Source of the DNA: Mobula hypostoma
Taxonomy: Eukaryota
NCBI RefSeq assembly: GCF_963921235.1
Contig: NC_086097.1
Coordinates: 56,422,001-56,486,000 of the forward strand
DNA length: 64,000 nucleotides
Reading direction: 5' to 3'
Shown here: in pieces, positions 62,051 through 64,000 of the stretch
Layout of the letters: each line of letters opens with the position of its first letter
Position numbering within the stretch: the first letter of the stretch is position 1
The notes under the pieces: generated by a model
The model's input: only the letters and a program-made list of their open reading frames with translations
Told to the model about the DNA's origin: nothing
Databases searched by the model: none
Position numbers and translations under genes: made by a program

Positions 62051-62814
62051 GGGCAAATATTGTACTATTCAACCATTATTAAAGAAAGCTCTCAAGTAAC
62101 AGAAGCTTTTCTTCATTTAATAATCTTCTCTGGATTTTTACCATTAAATTACTATTCCCACTTCCCCTCATGTTTGGTGAGGCTATATGGGAGAGAATGT
62201 ATCAAAAGTGGCTTGATGATCACAAGTCAAAATTTGATGCTCTGCTTTTGAAACATCAGTTTATATGCAGTCATTTTCCTGCATTTAATGCTTTACTGGA
62301 ATTAGCAGCAGTCCCAAGGAAAAGGAGCATGATGCTATTTCTGCCTGCTTTTTGCATGATTTCATTCTACAGTCTGTCAAATGGCTTGCTTCCCATTGAT
62401 ACAGTGAAAGCTAAAATCACATCATTAGCATGCCGGGGAAAAAAAAAGATCAAATGGATGATGGAAAGCCTTTAGCATCCTCCCAGAGAACGTTCCAGCT
62501 CAACCAGTAACTGCCAGATATAGAACAGAAACTAACAAAGCATTTCTCTGTATATTAAACTATAATAGATATCAAGTTAAACAGCACAAAGTAGATGGCA
62601 TTCTAAGAAATGTTAGACTATTTAATTGCTCAGATTCCTCTTTTATCTTTGTCAAACAGAAGTTTATTACCGCTGACTTCATTATAGGCAAACACTCTAT
62701 AGAGTTGGAATATAACAATTCTACATGTTAGAATTTCAAAAAAAAGCTCATTAATTTTTGAGCTGTCAATTAGAAGTGCTTCTTTACTTTAATACAACAG
62801 AGTTATCTACTCAT

Positions 62815-63840
62815 TGGGCAGCACAGCTGAAGCTGACTATACCCCTTCCCCACATGAAACCACCACGGTCGGCTTCACGGCTGAACAGGTGAGAAGACAG
62901 CTGAAACGTCTCAACCCAAGCAAGGCTGCAGGACCGGATGGTGTCAGTACCAGGGTGCTCAAAGCCTGCGCCCCTCAGCTATGTGGAGTACTTCGCCATG
63001 TCTTCAACCAGATCCTGAGGCTCCAGAGGGTTCCTGTGCAGTGGAAGACGTCCTGCCTCGTCCCTGTGCCGAAGACGCCGCGCCCCAGCGGCCTCAATGA
63101 CTACAGACCGGTGGCTTTGACCTCCCACATCATGAAGACCCTGGACAAACCTGTTCTGGAGCTGCTCCGGCCTATGGTCAGGCCACACTTAGATCCCCTC
63201 CAGTTCACCTACCAGCCCCGACTAGGAGTTGTGGATGCCATCGTCTACCTGCTGAACCGTGTCTACACCCACCTGGACAAGTCAGCGAGCACTGTGAGGA
63301 TCATGTTTTTTGACTTCTCCAGTGCGTTCAACACCATTTGCCCTGCTCTGCTGGGGGAGAAGCTTACAGCGATGCAGGTGGATGCTTTCCTGGTGCCATG
63401 GATTCTTGATTACCTGACTGGCAGACCACAGTACGTGTGCTTGCAACACTGTGTGTCTGACAGAGTGATCAGCAGCACTGGGGCTCCACAGGGGACTGTC
63501 TTGTCTCCCTTTCTCTTCACCATTTAAACCTCGGACTTCAACTACTGCACAGAGTCTTGTCATCTTCAGAAGTTTTCTGATGACTCTGCCATAGTTGGAT
63601 GCGTCAGCAAGGGAGATGAGGCTGAGTACAGGGCTATGGTAAGAAACTTTGTCACATGGTGTGAGCAGAATTATCTGCAGCTTAATGTGAAAAAGACTAA
63701 GGAGCTGGTGGTAGACCTGAGAAGAGCTAAGGTACCGGTGACTATTTATGGTTTTATTACTATTTATTATTTATGGTGCAACTGTACCGAAAACCAATTT
63801 CCCCCGGGATCAATAAAGTATGACTATGACTATGACTATG
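62815..63840 (+). mobile_element. Rex1/Babar-type LINE, 5'-truncated and internally deleted
   Basis: 237-aa ORF KAAGPDGV...NDYRPVALTS...MFFDFSSAFNTI...GAPQGTVLSP, then KFSDD; aataaa followed by a (tatgac)n tail. Confidence 0.93.
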
Positions 63841-64000
63841 AAAACTCACATTATAATAACTGGGAGCTGCTTCTGGTACAACCTGTGGACTGGAGGCAGC
63901 TCATTCATTTCAGTCCATCCAATCGGGCTCACCAGTTTTGGCAGAGGTGGCCCTCTGTGGTGTGAGGAAGAACAACAGTTTGCAGTAATCTTCAGTATTC

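Noticed and set aside
1..64000. Prokaryotic-type systems (CRISPR arrays, retrons, DGRs, operons) suggested by the many RT ORFs
   Set aside because: All RT pieces belong to eukaryotic CR1, Rex/Babar, Gypsy or Penelope elements inside spliceosomal introns. I saw no repeat-spacer arrays.
63845..64000. Possible upstream SLC35F4 exon (minus strand reads ILKIT..., with a G|gtgagc donor-like site near 63930)
   Set aside because: The rest of the translation does not resemble the SLC35F4 N-terminus as I recall it, and the region is cut by the window edge

Overview
Eukaryotic (vertebrate) genomic DNA. The repeat families suggest a cartilaginous fish, probably a ray (inference). The only host gene is SLC35F4 on the minus strand: six coding exons (298, 220, 126, 193, 90 and 242 nt, all GT-AG and phase-compatible, 1169 nt in total), a 3' UTR and polyA signals. 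The 5' exons appear to lie beyond position 64000. The introns are packed with transposons: many CR1 LINEs (three near full length with ORF1 esterase, endonuclease and RT remnants), Rex1/Babar-type LINE fragments, tRNA-derived SINEs, an internally deleted Gypsy provirus with both LTRs, PBS, PPT and TSD, two solo LTRs, Penelope-like elements, and Tigger and hAT DNA transposon relics. The most notable items are: an intact minimal hammerhead ribozyme in a Penelope insertion that has an inverted terminus; a Tigger block that closely resembles the mammalian Tigger3/MER2 consensus as I recall it (possible horizontal transfer); and a three-level nested insertion that creates an in-frame Rex/CR1 double-RT ORF. 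I found no convincing evidence of a wholly new biological system. Repeat family names come from pattern recognition, not database searches, and the boundaries of old repeats are approximate.
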